Positions 1 to 11,186 of a stretch of DNA of 64,000 bases are shown here, piece after piece. The first letter of the stretch is position 1, and every line of letters begins with the position of its first letter. Both the position numbers and the translations under genes were made by a program. Under the pieces are notes generated by a model. The model did not search any database. It saw only the letters and a list, made by a program, of their open reading frames with translations, and was not told the DNA's origin. The DNA comes from a virus. Taxonomy: Duplodnaviria > Caudoviricetes. The DNA is taken from positions 68,784-132,783 of IMG/VR virus record IMGVR_UViG_3300033121_000719; one strand, 5' to 3'.

Positions 1-13
1 AAAAAATGTCTAT

Positions 14-388
14 TTAGAAAGGAATGTTTCCGTCTTCTTCGTCTTCAACAACAGGAGGGGTATCCATCTTGCTATCTTCAACAGGTGCGTCACCTTTCAT
101 TGTAAAATCCCAAATAACAACGTTGAGGTAGGTTTTGAAACTACCGTCATTTTGTTTCTTTGAAACATTTGAAATCTTCCCATTCGCAATAATCTGATCT
201 TTTGGCTCCAAATTTGCGGCTTTATCTTTTGCTTTACCAACAAATGTAGCAAACCATGTAGAGTTAATCCATTCCTTTTCACCATTTCTGTCATCAGATT
301 CACTTGAGCCTAAACGAACTCTAATATATTTGTCCTCAACTTTTTCCTTGTGCCAAAAAGTAAAGTAACTGTTTTTGAATAAAATCAT
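14..388 (-). CDS. ssb: Single-stranded DNA-binding protein
   Basis: OB-fold-like N-terminus (TWFATFVGK...IIANGKI) and acidic tail ending EEDGNIPF; adjacent to Sak4-like ATPase. Confidence 0.8.
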   Translation of the reverse strand: MILFKNSYFTFWHKEKVEDKYIRVRLGSSESDDRNGEKEWINSTWFATFVGKAKDKAANLEPKDQIIANGKISNVSKKQNDGSFKTYLNVVIWDFTMKGDAPVEDSKMDTPPVVEDEEDGNIPF

Positions 389-400
389 TTTAAAATCTCC

Positions 401-1369
401 TTATTGTGTAATAGTATTTAATTCGTTTAATAAATCATTTAATACGGAAACGTTGCTAATCTTTTTTGGATTACCAGAGGATTCGTATTTCTTTACAATA
501 TTCATAACATCAGCATTTGAGCTTCCACCCAAAGATTTAGCAATCTCAATCACTTTTTCTTGAAGTAATTTCAATTTTTCATTAGGGTCTTCTTGAGTAG
601 CAAGAATGACCTGTTTTGCATCAGAGCCAGACTCAAGATATTGCATCAACTGTTTACCAACATTTGGTGTAATAACAAACGTCTTCTGGTCAAAAATACT
701 TGTTCTGTCTTTTGAACCATAAGCATTATGTTCATTATCAATTTCAAAAAAGCTGGTAAATTCGTATTCCATACCTTCACGCTGAACTGGATTGAGACCA
801 ACTTTACGAATGGTAGTCTTTCCAGTTGAGGGGTCTTTTTCCTGAATATATTCCTGTTTTGAACGCATAGTTGCAATAATATGAATATCAGTCTGCAACA
901 TGGTATCAATAAATCTGTTTAATTGAGGTGTAACATCTCGCCAAGCAGTATAACCGTTTCCAGTTCTCTTTGCGGCATTTCCTTGCTGTTCCAACAAACC
1001 ACCTTGTCCTGCCCAAAGATGCGTGGTGCTGTCAATAATAGCAACTTCTTTTCCAGCTTCATAAGCTAACAAAATAGCGTCAGTATATTTGTTTGCTTCA
1101 AAAGGTGGTTGAAGTGTGATTGCACAATATTCACCAATTTTTGTTGAACCAATTTCTTTGTCAACGTAAAGTTCACCTGAACCGTTTTCGCTATCAATAA
1201 TAACGATTTTGTCCCACAAATCAACGTCATTCAAAGTAGGATATTTTTCTTTCATCATGCCATAAGCAATCAGTAAAGCACCAGCCGTTTTACCACCACC
1301 AGAAGGGGCGGCAATACCAAGTTTGAGTTTAGCTTTTTTACGTTGAGCCTTCTTTAATTCTAATGCCAT
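401..1369 (-). CDS. AAA ATPase, Sak4-like single-strand annealing recombinase
   Basis: Walker A APSGGGKT, IDSENGS, Walker B IIDSTTHLW, HIIATMRSK; paired with ssb. Confidence 0.8.
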   Translation of the reverse strand: MALELKKAQRKKAKLKLGIAAPSGGGKTAGALLIAYGMMKEKYPTLNDVDLWDKIVIIDSENGSGELYVDKEIGSTKIGEYCAITLQPPFEANKYTDAILLAYEAGKEVAIIDSTTHLWAGQGGLLEQQGNAAKRTGNGYTAWRDVTPQLNRFIDTMLQTDIHIIATMRSKQEYIQEKDPSTGKTTIRKVGLNPVQREGMEYEFTSFFEIDNEHNAYGSKDRTSIFDQKTFVITPNVGKQLMQYLESGSDAKQVILATQEDPNEKLKLLQEKVIEIAKSLGGSSNADVMNIVKKYESSGNPKKISNVSVLNDLLNELNTITQ

Positions 1370-1492
1370 AGGGTTTTAGTTCTCCTTTTTCTAATAATAA
1401 AAAATTTTTGAATACGATAAAAAACAATTAGGTATAATATTAGAATTTAACTTGAGTTCATTTATTCTCCTTTTATATTTTAATAATAATTA

Positions 1493-1521
1493 ATTATACC
1501 ACAAAAACTCTTTTTTGTCAA
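1493..1521 (-). promoter_or_regulatory. sigma70-type promoter with extended -10
   Basis: Minus strand TTGACA-17 bp-TATAAT, with TGTGG immediately before the -10. Confidence 0.8.
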
Positions 1522-1696
1522 GGGTTTTTAAGAATCTCGTTTTCCAAAATCGTTATTTCAACTAATTTTGTATATGTATATCTATTTTTATAACAATCAC
1601 AATATGTCTTGATTGCTTCATCATATTCTGTTATATGACCAGTTTCGCACCAATAATACTCTTTTTTATCTTTGAAATATATGATGTAGTATTTAT

Positions 1697-2716
1697 TCAT
1701 TTGAATATTTGACTATAAATTTCTTGTCCAAGTATATATGCAAAATAAGAAGGAATGCCACTACATCTTTCATGCTGTTTATCAAGAGAAATATTATCTT
1801 CAAAATAAAATTCATCAGGAACGGTCTGTATTCTTAAACATTCTCTAACATTCAATCTTCTTGGCATATTGATTTGAGTTAATCTAACATCATAGTTTGG
1901 TGGTTCTGGATGTAGTGGTAACTGTCTAGCCTCTGAAACAATCGTATAAGATGGTTCATCCCATTGTCTTTGTCTATTTGCAGTTATATATCTTGAAGAA
2001 AATCCTCCTGAATAGTGGTTTATGTTGTTTTTTATATTAATGTTTCCTTGAATATCAAATATAGCATCTCTCAATGTTTTTTTATTTTCAGGTAGATATT
2101 CTTGAGGAAATGTGAAAATTTTATTAATATCTTTTCTAACCCCAACCATAAACATTCTTTTTCTATTTTGAGGAACTCCATAATTATAACAATCTATAAT
2201 TTTCCATTCAACATTATAGTAACCATCATTAAAAACTGATACTAAATAATCAAAAAATGATTTGTTCTTATTTGAAACTATTCCTGAAACATTTTCAGCT
2301 ATAAATACTTTTGGTTGATTTTCAATAATAATTCTTGAAAAATGATAACCTAAGTCTCCAAGTTTTTTATCATTTGTTCCATTCATTGAACCACCAACGC
2401 TAAAAGGTTGACATGGAAATCCGCCCACGTATATGTCGGCATATGGTAGATCACCAGTTTTTATTTTTTTAGCATCCAATATTCTTGCATGGTTTCCAAT
2501 ATTACGATTATATGTATCAACTGCATATTTTTTTATATCAAACGCATCAATTATATTGAATCCTGCTTTTTTAAAACCAATAGCGCCAATACCTGCACCA
2601 CAAAACATATCAACCATAGATATATTATTTTGTTGTAGTTGTATAATGTCATGCAACATATTCTTTATATATCTCCCTATAGATTTTTTGAATTTCATAT
2701 ACTTTAGTGCATCCAA
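1697..2716 (-). CDS. C5-cytosine DNA methyltransferase-fold enzyme (possible carboxymethyltransferase); real start probably 2659
   Basis: Motifs DMFCGAG, GFPCQPFS, ENV, PQNRKR; motif X region reads KQHERCSGIP instead of the usual QxGNAV. Confidence 0.85.
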   Translation of the reverse strand: MDALKYMKFKKSIGRYIKNMLHDIIQLQQNNISMVDMFCGAGIGAIGFKKAGFNIIDAFDIKKYAVDTYNRNIGNHARILDAKKIKTGDLPYADIYVGGFPCQPFSVGGSMNGTNDKKLGDLGYHFSRIIIENQPKVFIAENVSGIVSNKNKSFFDYLVSVFNDGYYNVEWKIIDCYNYGVPQNRKRMFMVGVRKDINKIFTFPQEYLPENKKTLRDAIFDIQGNINIKNNINHYSGGFSSRYITANRQRQWDEPSYTIVSEARQLPLHPEPPNYDVRLTQINMPRRLNVRECLRIQTVPDEFYFEDNISLDKQHERCSGIPSYFAYILGQEIYSQIFK

Positions 2717-3455
2717 ACACCTTTAGAAAGTGATCCCTTACTCCGCTCTCTATTTGAGAGGGACTGTTTCTTCTATAAAGATTTAATTCATCAATTTCTT
2801 TTTTGAACGCAATATATGACGGCATTTTTTGTTTGGGACTATTTATTTGTCTCCATGTAAACTGAGTTATATAATTGATAATCAAATTGTTTTTATAAGG
2901 AGTAATAAGTGTCTTTTCTGTATTTTTTAAATACGCTCTTAATTGTCCTCCACCAGATTTGTTTGGATTATTTAAATTTTCTAATATTTCTTTTTTAAAT
3001 CTTTCTGGTGTTTCATCTTTTCTAAATTTAATAGATTCTTTTTTGCCATCTCCAGTTATATCAAAATCAAATCCCATTATTACAGCGTCACTTATTATTT
3101 TTGGTCTGCAAAAAATAAATGGATAAATTGTTTCTATGTGAGTTTTTCTACAGGATTTTATTTCAGTCATCAATAATCCAATATTGTGTCTTGTTTCTTG
3201 TAGAGATAGTTGAGGAATCTGTGTAATTATTTGTTCTATTCCACTATTATCACAAACTATTTTAGAATATTTTAAATCCCTAGATAATGGATTCAAATAA
3301 AATGTTTGACAAATAAAATTTTTTTCTAAATTTTTTAATGAAAAAAATAAAACCAAAGAATCCATTCCTGCTGAAAAAAATAAATCTACTTTATCTCTTC
3401 CATTTGTTTCTTCTGACATTGTTTGCAATAGAATGTCTCTATATTCTTCAAACAT
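2649..3455 (-). CDS. Asparagine-synthetase-like / PP-loop ATP-dependent amide ligase
   Basis: PP-loop LFFSAGMDS near the N-terminus; no glutaminase domain; lies between cmoA-like and C5-MTase genes. Confidence 0.6.
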   Translation of the reverse strand: MFEEYRDILLQTMSEETNGRDKVDLFFSAGMDSLVLFFSLKNLEKNFICQTFYLNPLSRDLKYSKIVCDNSGIEQIITQIPQLSLQETRHNIGLLMTEIKSCRKTHIETIYPFIFCRPKIISDAVIMGFDFDITGDGKKESIKFRKDETPERFKKEILENLNNPNKSGGGQLRAYLKNTEKTLITPYKNNLIINYITQFTWRQINSPKQKMPSYIAFKKEIDELNLYRRNSPSQIESGVRDHFLKVFGCTKVYEIQKIYREIYKEYVA

Positions 3456-3467
3456 TATTATTTTCTC

Positions 3468-4184
3468 CTATTTTATAGCAACATAACCTTCAAAATTCAT
3501 CCATCTCCAAAAAGTATCAACTTTCTTAAAACCAGCCTGCCTAAGCATATCTTTATTCCAATCTGATGTCATTGGAACAAGCACACCTTCAAGAGATAAT
3601 CTTTTTCTATCAATTTGTTCTTGAGTATATCCATTGTTTGATTTCATTTTTAAGTATTCATTAACCATAATTTCATTTAATTGACTACAATTTCCAAGAA
3701 CTTTTTCAACCATGATAAAACATCCATTGGAAGATAAATTATCATAACATTTTTGAATTACTTCTTGTCTATATTCAATTGGAACAAATTGAATTGTAAA
3801 TACTGACATGATAAGAGTATAAATATCAACTGGAAAATCTACCCTTAAATCAAGATTATTAATTGAAACAATCCCAGTTTTTATGTATCCTTGATAAGAT
3901 GTTCTTGCTTTTTCAAGCATTGGTTCTGATACGTCTATTCCTTTAAATCTAGCTTGTGCCCCATATTTATTTACAAATTCATGTAGATTTAATCCGTCTG
4001 AACATCCTAAATCCAATATGACTTTATTTTTACTTTTATCTAAAAAATAACACCCAATATCATAAACAGTCTTTCTCATTACTCCGTATTGAGGTATTGA
4101 TCTTGACAACATATCCTCAAATACTTCAGTAACTTTTTCATCAAAAGTCCATTTACCTTCTGGCAAAGTTTCGTCCCTATTCAT
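3468..4184 (-). CDS. cmoA: Carboxy-S-adenosylmethionine synthase CmoA-like
   Basis: WTFDEKVTEVFEDMLSRSIPQY, DLGCSDG, FTIQF, KRLSLEGVL and GF..VDTFWRWMNF match the CmoA pattern. Confidence 0.8.
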   Translation of the reverse strand: MNRDETLPEGKWTFDEKVTEVFEDMLSRSIPQYGVMRKTVYDIGCYFLDKSKNKVILDLGCSDGLNLHEFVNKYGAQARFKGIDVSEPMLEKARTSYQGYIKTGIVSINNLDLRVDFPVDIYTLIMSVFTIQFVPIEYRQEVIQKCYDNLSSNGCFIMVEKVLGNCSQLNEIMVNEYLKMKSNNGYTQEQIDRKRLSLEGVLVPMTSDWNKDMLRQAGFKKVDTFWRWMNFEGYVAIK

Positions 4185-4536
4185 TGTTTTTATTTTCCTT
4201 TCTTTTTATAACTGCATTATAATTATCTAATTTCATTTTATTCTCCTTTTATTCATCTTCATCATCAATGCTTGTTAAAATGTAATTTCCTTCACCAAAT
4301 GCTTCATCACAAATTTCAACTACGTAGTCTGACATTTTATTCCTCCTTTTTACCAAGGTTCTCCGTACTCGTCATAATCAAATTCATCATCTTCCTCTAT
4401 TTTTAAATTATGAGGACGATATACTTTAGTAATTACACAATCCCTTGTGTATGGATGATTATTTAAAAACTCATCCATTTGATTGGGTGAAATGCCCATA
4501 GAAACAGCAGTTTTAAAAATAGATTCTACTTTTCCA

Positions 4537-4839
4537 CTACTTTTTGTCATTGTCTATGTCCTTGTTTTTTATTTTTGTTATTAATATCTCTAACCTTAGT
4601 AATAATCTTTGGATTTTAATGTCAACTCTTTCCATTAGATTCAATGATTCATAATTATAACAGTCAGTAAAAAATTCTTTATCACCAATATATTCACTAA
4701 TATATCCAGTAACATACTGGTATCCATAGTGTTTATCTGGACAATTATAAGATTCTTCCATTAAACACCATCCATCCAGTACTTCTTGGTAATGATCCAT
4801 TTCTTTATTGCAAACTGGACAATTCATATTAAAAACCAA
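4537..4839 (-). CDS. Hypothetical protein with CxxC
   Basis: ORF track; co-oriented with neighbours. Confidence 0.5.
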   Translation of the reverse strand: MVFNMNCPVCNKEMDHYQEVLDGWCLMEESYNCPDKHYGYQYVTGYISEYIGDKEFFTDCYNYESLNLMERVDIKIQRLLLRLEILITKIKNKDIDNDKK

Positions 4840-4967
4840 ATATTTTCATTACAGCAAATATCTGTAATAATGAGATTAAAATTCCAATAATAATTATAGC
4901 GTAAGACATAAATTTGATTTGTTTATATCTCTTGAACATCATACCTCCTATAAAAATGAATTTTATC

Positions 4968-5513
4968 TTAAATAATTTTGTGACATAACCCAAGTTTTAA
5001 AGCATCTTGCGCTGGAATAAACCAATCCGCTTTTCTTTCTTTATAAGAATTTAATTTTTCTTGCATGATGTTTGAGTTTTCTGTAATTATGTTGTCATAT
5101 AATACTTGAAGTCTTTCCATTTCAGATACTTCTTGCTTGATTCCTTCTAGTTTATCTCCAATAAAATTTGAAACTTCATGATATAAGAGTGTAGCGTTTT
5201 TGCCCATATACCTATTCTTTGATGCCATAAATATCCATAACCCCATGCTCATAGCTCTTCCAAAACAATATGTATGAATTGGGGTGGAATTGTTAATAAT
5301 CAAATCAACTAAAGATAATCCGTCATAAACACTTCCTCCACCAGAATTTATATATAGACAAATTGGCTCCATTTTAAAGTTTCTAAATGTTTCAGCCTTA
5401 CATTTATCATCATACGTAATGTCAAAAATCTTGTTAACAACACCGTCTATCGTAGAAGCATTGATATATCCAGACAAAAATATATTTTTGTTTTTTGAAA
5501 TATCTTCCCACAT
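4968..5513 (-). CDS. clpP: ClpP-like serine protease
   Basis: LYINSGGGSV, GRAMSMG (catalytic Ser), LLYHE, DWFIPAQDALKLGL. Confidence 0.8.
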   Translation of the reverse strand: MWEDISKNKNIFLSGYINASTIDGVVNKIFDITYDDKCKAETFRNFKMEPICLYINSGGGSVYDGLSLVDLIINNSTPIHTYCFGRAMSMGLWIFMASKNRYMGKNATLLYHEVSNFIGDKLEGIKQEVSEMERLQVLYDNIITENSNIMQEKLNSYKERKADWFIPAQDALKLGLCHKII

Positions 5514-5563
5514 ATCTTATTCTCCTTTATAAATTCGTACTTTTATTGGTTTTTTATACACCG

Positions 5564-5598
5564 TATATGGGGGTGTAATATAACTTAACCCCCATATA
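5564..5598. terminator. Stable hairpin (terminator-like) between two 18-bp sites
   Basis: TATATGGGGGT...ACCCCCATATA 11-bp stem. Confidence 0.55.
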
Positions 5599-5632
5599 TA
5601 CAGGTGGTTAAACACATAAAATATTTGTTTTA

Positions 5633-5950
5633 TTATAAAACTGTATTTTCATTCCCAATTCTATCACAATCATCACATAAAGTCAATAACCAACTACCAT
5701 TACGCAATCTTCCTTCTTTACCACATCTTTCACAGGTTATTGCGCTTTTATTTTCTGCTTCCTGAATTAGTTTATCAAACTCAGGAGTAGACCAATTGAC
5801 ATATGCTCTCAAAGTACCAAATTTCTCTTTTATTTGAACAAATTTTATATCATCAGGTTTGTTATCGTATAGAAAATTAATAATACCAGACCAACCAATA
5901 CCAACACAATTTAAAGCATCTTCTCTATCAATATCTCCATATCCACTCAT
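5633..5950 (-). CDS. Conserved phage hypothetical protein
   Basis: VQIKEKFGTLRAY and C-terminal CERCG...LCDDC, typical of a phage protein family. Confidence 0.6.
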   Translation of the reverse strand: MSGYGDIDREDALNCVGIGWSGIINFLYDNKPDDIKFVQIKEKFGTLRAYVNWSTPEFDKLIQEAENKSAITCERCGKEGRLRNGSWLLTLCDDCDRIGNENTVL

Positions 5951-7562
5951 AGTTCAGTCTCCTGTAATTCTTGATACACACAATTTATTGTTTCATTTGT
6001 GCTTGCATCAACAGCAACAAGATTTGATTCTGGTTCTAATTCTTCAAAAGGAACCAATGAAAAATACCATTCAGATTCGTCATCGTCTTTGTGTAAAAAT
6101 AGTTTCATAAAACGCTCTTTTCATTTATTATCGTCATAAATATAGCACATATCATTTGTATTAGGACAAAAATAAAAACCATGATAAGGTAGATTCATAT
6201 TTGTATCAAGAACTTTTAGATACTCGTTTACCTCATGAGATTCTCCGCAAGACTGACATTTGTCAATTTTTATCCACTTTAAAGCATGCGTACTTTCACT
6301 TAGTTTAATTCCCGTTTTAGCGTCTCTCAATGTTATTATAGCTGAATTGATTAAGAATTTTTTCATTTTAAATACACTTGTTCAACGACATAATTATAGT
6401 CAGGACTTGTATCTCTGTCAACAAAAATAGACGCTACTTCTGATACTTTTTCATCTTGAGAAATATGTTTTACGTCACTCTCTCCATAACCAGCTATAAT
6501 TAGGTCTACAATCTGTACATACAGCTCATTTAGTTTCATAAAACTCTCCTTTTATTTTCTATAATCTTTCACAATTTTATATTCACCTTCTCGCAAATAA
6601 CACCACCTATCAAAACCATCGTAATAATAAATAGTATTGTCTTTATCTATTTCTTTTACTAAAACAATCTCTCCAACACCATTCCCAAAACAAATAGTTG
6701 TTATTTCTGCTCTTAGAATTGTTTTGCCTCTTTTTTCTCTCATAAAACTTTTCTTTTATTGTAATAAAAGTCCTTTTTTATACTTCTTAAACTTCGCTTT
6801 TGAATCAGGTACAAGTTTCTTTTCATGCTGTTCATGTTCCCATTCAAAGATTTCTTCGCAAAGCGCACAACCAGCGTGTCCATTACAGCTATTATTCCCA
6901 CATTGAGGACATATCACCATTGGGCCTTCGCAATAATCACACCATGACCATTCAAATTGTTTATCATTCATGTTTTCTTGCAACATTTTCCCACCTTCAA
7001 TAGCAGACGATAATAATTTTTTAAATATTTTATTTTTCATAATCTATCCTATAAAAGAGCGTTTTTATTACTCATATTTATAAAAAACAGCAACAACAAA
7101 TCGTGAATTAATATCCATAACTACACGATTATTTTCATCATAAACAAGGTATTGTTGATTGGTTGTATAATCTATTCTAACATGATTATCTTCTTTTGCA
7201 TAGATATAACCCAAGTCAAGAACATATAACGATTCTATTTTCCACATATTTTCTCCTATAAAAGTACATTTTTATTCATCTAAAATTGATTCAATGCAAG
7301 TCTTTTTGTGACCTTCTGTTCTCATATTGTTGCCACACTTTTTACAGGTGTTGTAATAATGATCTTCGCCTTCCATTCTCCAAACAATGTTTCTTATTTC
7401 GTCTAAAGTAAATTTGCCCTTCATATAAACAACTATGTCAGAATCCTCATTTTTTATATCAACTACATTTTTATCAAAATGCAAATTGAAAAATTCTTTT
7501 AATCCATCACCTGTTTCTTCTGGTGTTCCTCTTAGCATATTTTCTCCTATAAAAGATAGTTT

Positions 7563-7925
7563 TTATTTTATTTTTGCAAATTCTACACACAAAATATTTT
7601 TTATCTTGAATACATTTTTGAATTCCATATTAGGATAGGCTTCAGACTTTACGGCAACTTCATAATTTAAAAATTCATAATCTTTGTATTGTTCATCATA
7701 TAAAAATATTGTGCCAAAAAATTCGTTGTTGACAGCTTTAGTAACTTTTGTTATAACGCCTATTACAATGGACTTATCATCTTGAGGTACGTTATCATGT
7801 ACTAAATTAATTACAACAGGAATATCTTTTAATTTATCCGCTATTTCAGAGTATGTACTACTAATCCATATATTAGGATTATTCATATCAAATATTTTTT
7901 TATCTTTTACTGTTATTGATTTCAT
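7563..7925 (-). CDS. Hypothetical protein flanked by 18-bp sites
   Basis: ORF with AGGAGA RBS; stop codon lies inside the 7549 site. Confidence 0.6.
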   Translation of the reverse strand: MKSITVKDKKIFDMNNPNIWISSTYSEIADKLKDIPVVINLVHDNVPQDDKSIVIGVITKVTKAVNNEFFGTIFLYDEQYKDYEFLNYEVAVKSEAYPNMEFKNVFKIKNILCVEFAKIK

Positions 7926-9212
7926 ATTTTCTCCTATGAAAAGTATAATCTATTACCTGTTAATCACGATTTTAGGCGTTTAAGTATAATTAATTATACT
8001 ATATTACTTTTGTTTGTCAACCCATTCAACAAGTCTTTTCAAATCATCAATCAACTCTTGAATTTCTGATATTGACATTTTGCACAACAACGAATTATCT
8101 GGTGATCCAATATCAATCAATAAGTTACATTGCGTCTCACCATCTACAATATCCGTGATGTTATAATCAACAAGTTTCATCCCTTAACTCCATTTGTGTA
8201 AATAATATACCCTTTATTTGTTCCATGACCACAACATGCAGATATGGCGTCTTTTATATAGCCAAAACAGGCATCATATCCTTCTGGTGTTGGCGGTAAT
8301 CCACAATATTTACAAACTCTCAAATCGTTCCAATTAACGGGATCATTGTTATCTGAATATTTCCAAAGCCTGTCTGTTTCGTCAAAATAAATTTCATAAC
8401 CTCTTGAATATGACGTTGCAGTCATTTTTCTCCTTTACGTATAAACAACACCATAAATAGTGCCTGTTTCTGGAACAACCACAATAACAACACAATCATT
8501 TCTTCCATCGTAAAACATTTTCTTATATCTTTCTGCTCTTTCATCATCAACAATAACTTTATGTATACCAAAGAGTTCATGACTATTAAACTGTTGTATA
8601 AACGTAAGTTCATCACATACAATGTAAGAATTTTTACACCCATTCAATGATTCAATTCTTTTTAAAAGTTGATACGTACTAGTATAACTAAATCCGTAAA
8701 TTGAATGGTAATTATCTGATATAAACTTTTCGTTATCGTACATTTTTCTCCCAATAAATCTAATTTTTTATTTCTTTTAAGATTAAGATAAAAACAATAC
8801 ATTGCCTTTATCTTCATACCAATCCCTAACCTCTAACCAATTATCAGCAGAAGTTTCAACTATCTCTTCGGAATCATTATCATACATGCAAACATCAATG
8901 TCTCCATATTTTAATTTTACACTATATAAAAAATCAATCCAATCACTAATTTTTGATTTCATAAAAATCCTCTTTTATTTCTTGAAAATAAACATACGAT
9001 CATCATTAAAAATAATATCTGCCATATCAGATTCAATAACAAGATTACCTTCAATATTTTTTTTAAAATAACAATAATCTTTTATAGCATCAATAACCTC
9101 TGAAACCCCTACAATATCTAATAATTGATTTAATGCCTGAGTTCCAGAATAATCAGTATAATTAACTAACACCCTATCTAATTCGCTCATAAAAAATAAA
9201 TTTTATGTGGTT

Positions 9213-10118
9213 TTAATTATATTTTATATTGATAAAATCCAAAACTTCACCCAATTTTAATTTATTTATACAATAATCCCATAATTTTGGATGAGTTAAT
9301 TTCATTTTTTGAAATCTATTCGGCTCATTCTCTGAATCAACACCAAACATACAAAACATACAGCCTGTTCTATCATAACCCATATCATAAATCTTAGAAT
9401 ATGGTAAATTATATTTATGGATATATTCCCATATGTCTTTTTCTGTCCAAAAAGCTAAAGGTGTAGAATTAGGATTATTTTTATCAAACGCATTACAACC
9501 ATATTTCATATAATTTGTTTTTCTTCTAAAACTTTCTTCAGTCATTACTCCAATAATTGGTTTTCTATTTGTTTCTTTTTCATATTGCTTCATTGGAAGT
9601 TTTTTCAAAATATTACAACATATATGTGAAATTTTAAATGGAGCGTCAATTAAAAATTTCCATTTTTCACTTATTTTAAAATTGCCTTTATAACTTCCAT
9701 TTAATCTTAAATCTTTTAATTTTTCAGAATTAGTATTTCGACACTCATATAAATATTGACTTTGTGTTTTACTGATAATTGGATATCCATATTGTTCAAT
9801 TACTTGTTTAAAATTCATCTTTGGTTTTACCCAAACAACATTGTCAATAGTTTTTACAAATTCTCTAATTTCTGGATATTCTAATCCTGTATCTGAAAAT
9901 ACAGCAGGAACTAATTTTGAATCTGGAATAAACGCTCTATTTCTAACTAAATCTAAAAGCACAGTAGAGTCTTTTCCACCAGAAAAAGCAACATAAACTT
10001 GACCATTATAATGATTATACCATTGTTCTATTTTTTCACAAGACATATCAATCTTGTCTTGCAAAGGTAAAGATAAACGATATTGTAATTCTTCTTTAGT
10101 TACCTTGTTATCTACCAA
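9213..10118 (-). CDS. PAPS-reductase-family (PP-loop) protein
   Basis: VAFSGGKDS, DTGLEYPE, CCNILKK, RTGCMFC. Confidence 0.85.
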   Translation of the reverse strand: MVDNKVTKEELQYRLSLPLQDKIDMSCEKIEQWYNHYNGQVYVAFSGGKDSTVLLDLVRNRAFIPDSKLVPAVFSDTGLEYPEIREFVKTIDNVVWVKPKMNFKQVIEQYGYPIISKTQSQYLYECRNTNSEKLKDLRLNGSYKGNFKISEKWKFLIDAPFKISHICCNILKKLPMKQYEKETNRKPIIGVMTEESFRRKTNYMKYGCNAFDKNNPNSTPLAFWTEKDIWEYIHKYNLPYSKIYDMGYDRTGCMFCMFGVDSENEPNRFQKMKLTHPKLWDYCINKLKLGEVLDFINIKYN

Positions 10119-10470
10119 ATACTCCTCCTTAAAAACCCAATAAAAGGTAAATTTTATTTAATTAACCCTTAATTTCTTTCACTTTTTTGTTAGTTCTTCA
10201 ATTTTCTTATTGTTTTTATCAATTGATTCGTCAATTCTTGCTATTATTATCTCTAACTTTATCAATATTTTATTGAGAAAAAGTATCATAATTAGTCACC
10301 ATCAAAAAACAGTACCTTTACACAAAAGATGATAAACAATAATACACAACAAATAAGAATAAAAACAAAAATAAAAAATGTAATATATGGAAAAAACCAC
10401 ACTATCAAAGACAACAAAGATAAACTTCCTAAAACTATTACACTTGATGTAATCCATTTCATCTTTTCGC

Positions 10471-11160
10471 TCATAATTTATCCCTCAAATTTCTTAATCT
10501 ATTCTCAGCTAATTTAAAAACCTCAGTGTCATACTCAACCCCAACAAAGTCTCTGTCGTTTCTGATACACCATTCTCCAGTTGTTCCTGAACCAAGAAAA
10601 GGATCAACCACTAAGTCTCCAATATCAGTAAAGGGAAACAACAAACGGTCAATAAGCTCTATTGGTTTTTGCCATCTTATACAATGTCCATCTTCTTTTT
10701 TTATTCTTTCTTTAGCAACCGTAGTCAAACAAATATCTGTTATTACACTTGTGGCAAGTTTAGTCGTTCTTCCACTTTTGTTTAGCCCCTTGCTTTTTGC
10801 TGTAGCCTTTTCAACTTGAACCCTATCAGGATAGAATTTAAATTTTTTGCCTTTACTAAAAATTAGAATATCATCGTGACATTGACGAAACCTATCTTTA
10901 GGAAAGTTACCAAACTCATTTTTCCAGATTAACCAGTTTACAAAATTAGAATCCTCAAAAGATTGTAAATAACATTTAGCTTCTGCTACACTATGCCAAT
11001 CTGTCATAATAATAAAAATACCATTTTGTTTCAAAAATTTCCAATAGTGGTCAATCCATGAAAAATCTAAGTTCTCGTATATCATGTCAGCAAAAACACA
11101 ATCAACGTATTGACCAGTAAAGTGTAGTGTCATATTGTCTATGTTGTAAATATTGTACAT
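10471..11160 (-). CDS. N4/N6 DNA methyltransferase (beta class), catalytic motif degenerate
   Basis: QKPIELI..., VVDPFLGSGTT; ADMIY in place of DPPY. Confidence 0.7.
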   Translation of the reverse strand: MYNIYNIDNMTLHFTGQYVDCVFADMIYENLDFSWIDHYWKFLKQNGIFIIMTDWHSVAEAKCYLQSFEDSNFVNWLIWKNEFGNFPKDRFRQCHDDILIFSKGKKFKFYPDRVQVEKATAKSKGLNKSGRTTKLATSVITDICLTTVAKERIKKEDGHCIRWQKPIELIDRLLFPFTDIGDLVVDPFLGSGTTGEWCIRNDRDFVGVEYDTEVFKLAENRLRNLRDKL

Positions 11161-11186
11161 CTATTTTTCCTTATAAATTCATCATT

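Noticed and set aside
9213-10118. Dnd/Ssp phosphorothioation system
   Set aside because: Only a PAPS-reductase-like gene is present; no cysteine desulfurase or DndD/DndE partners
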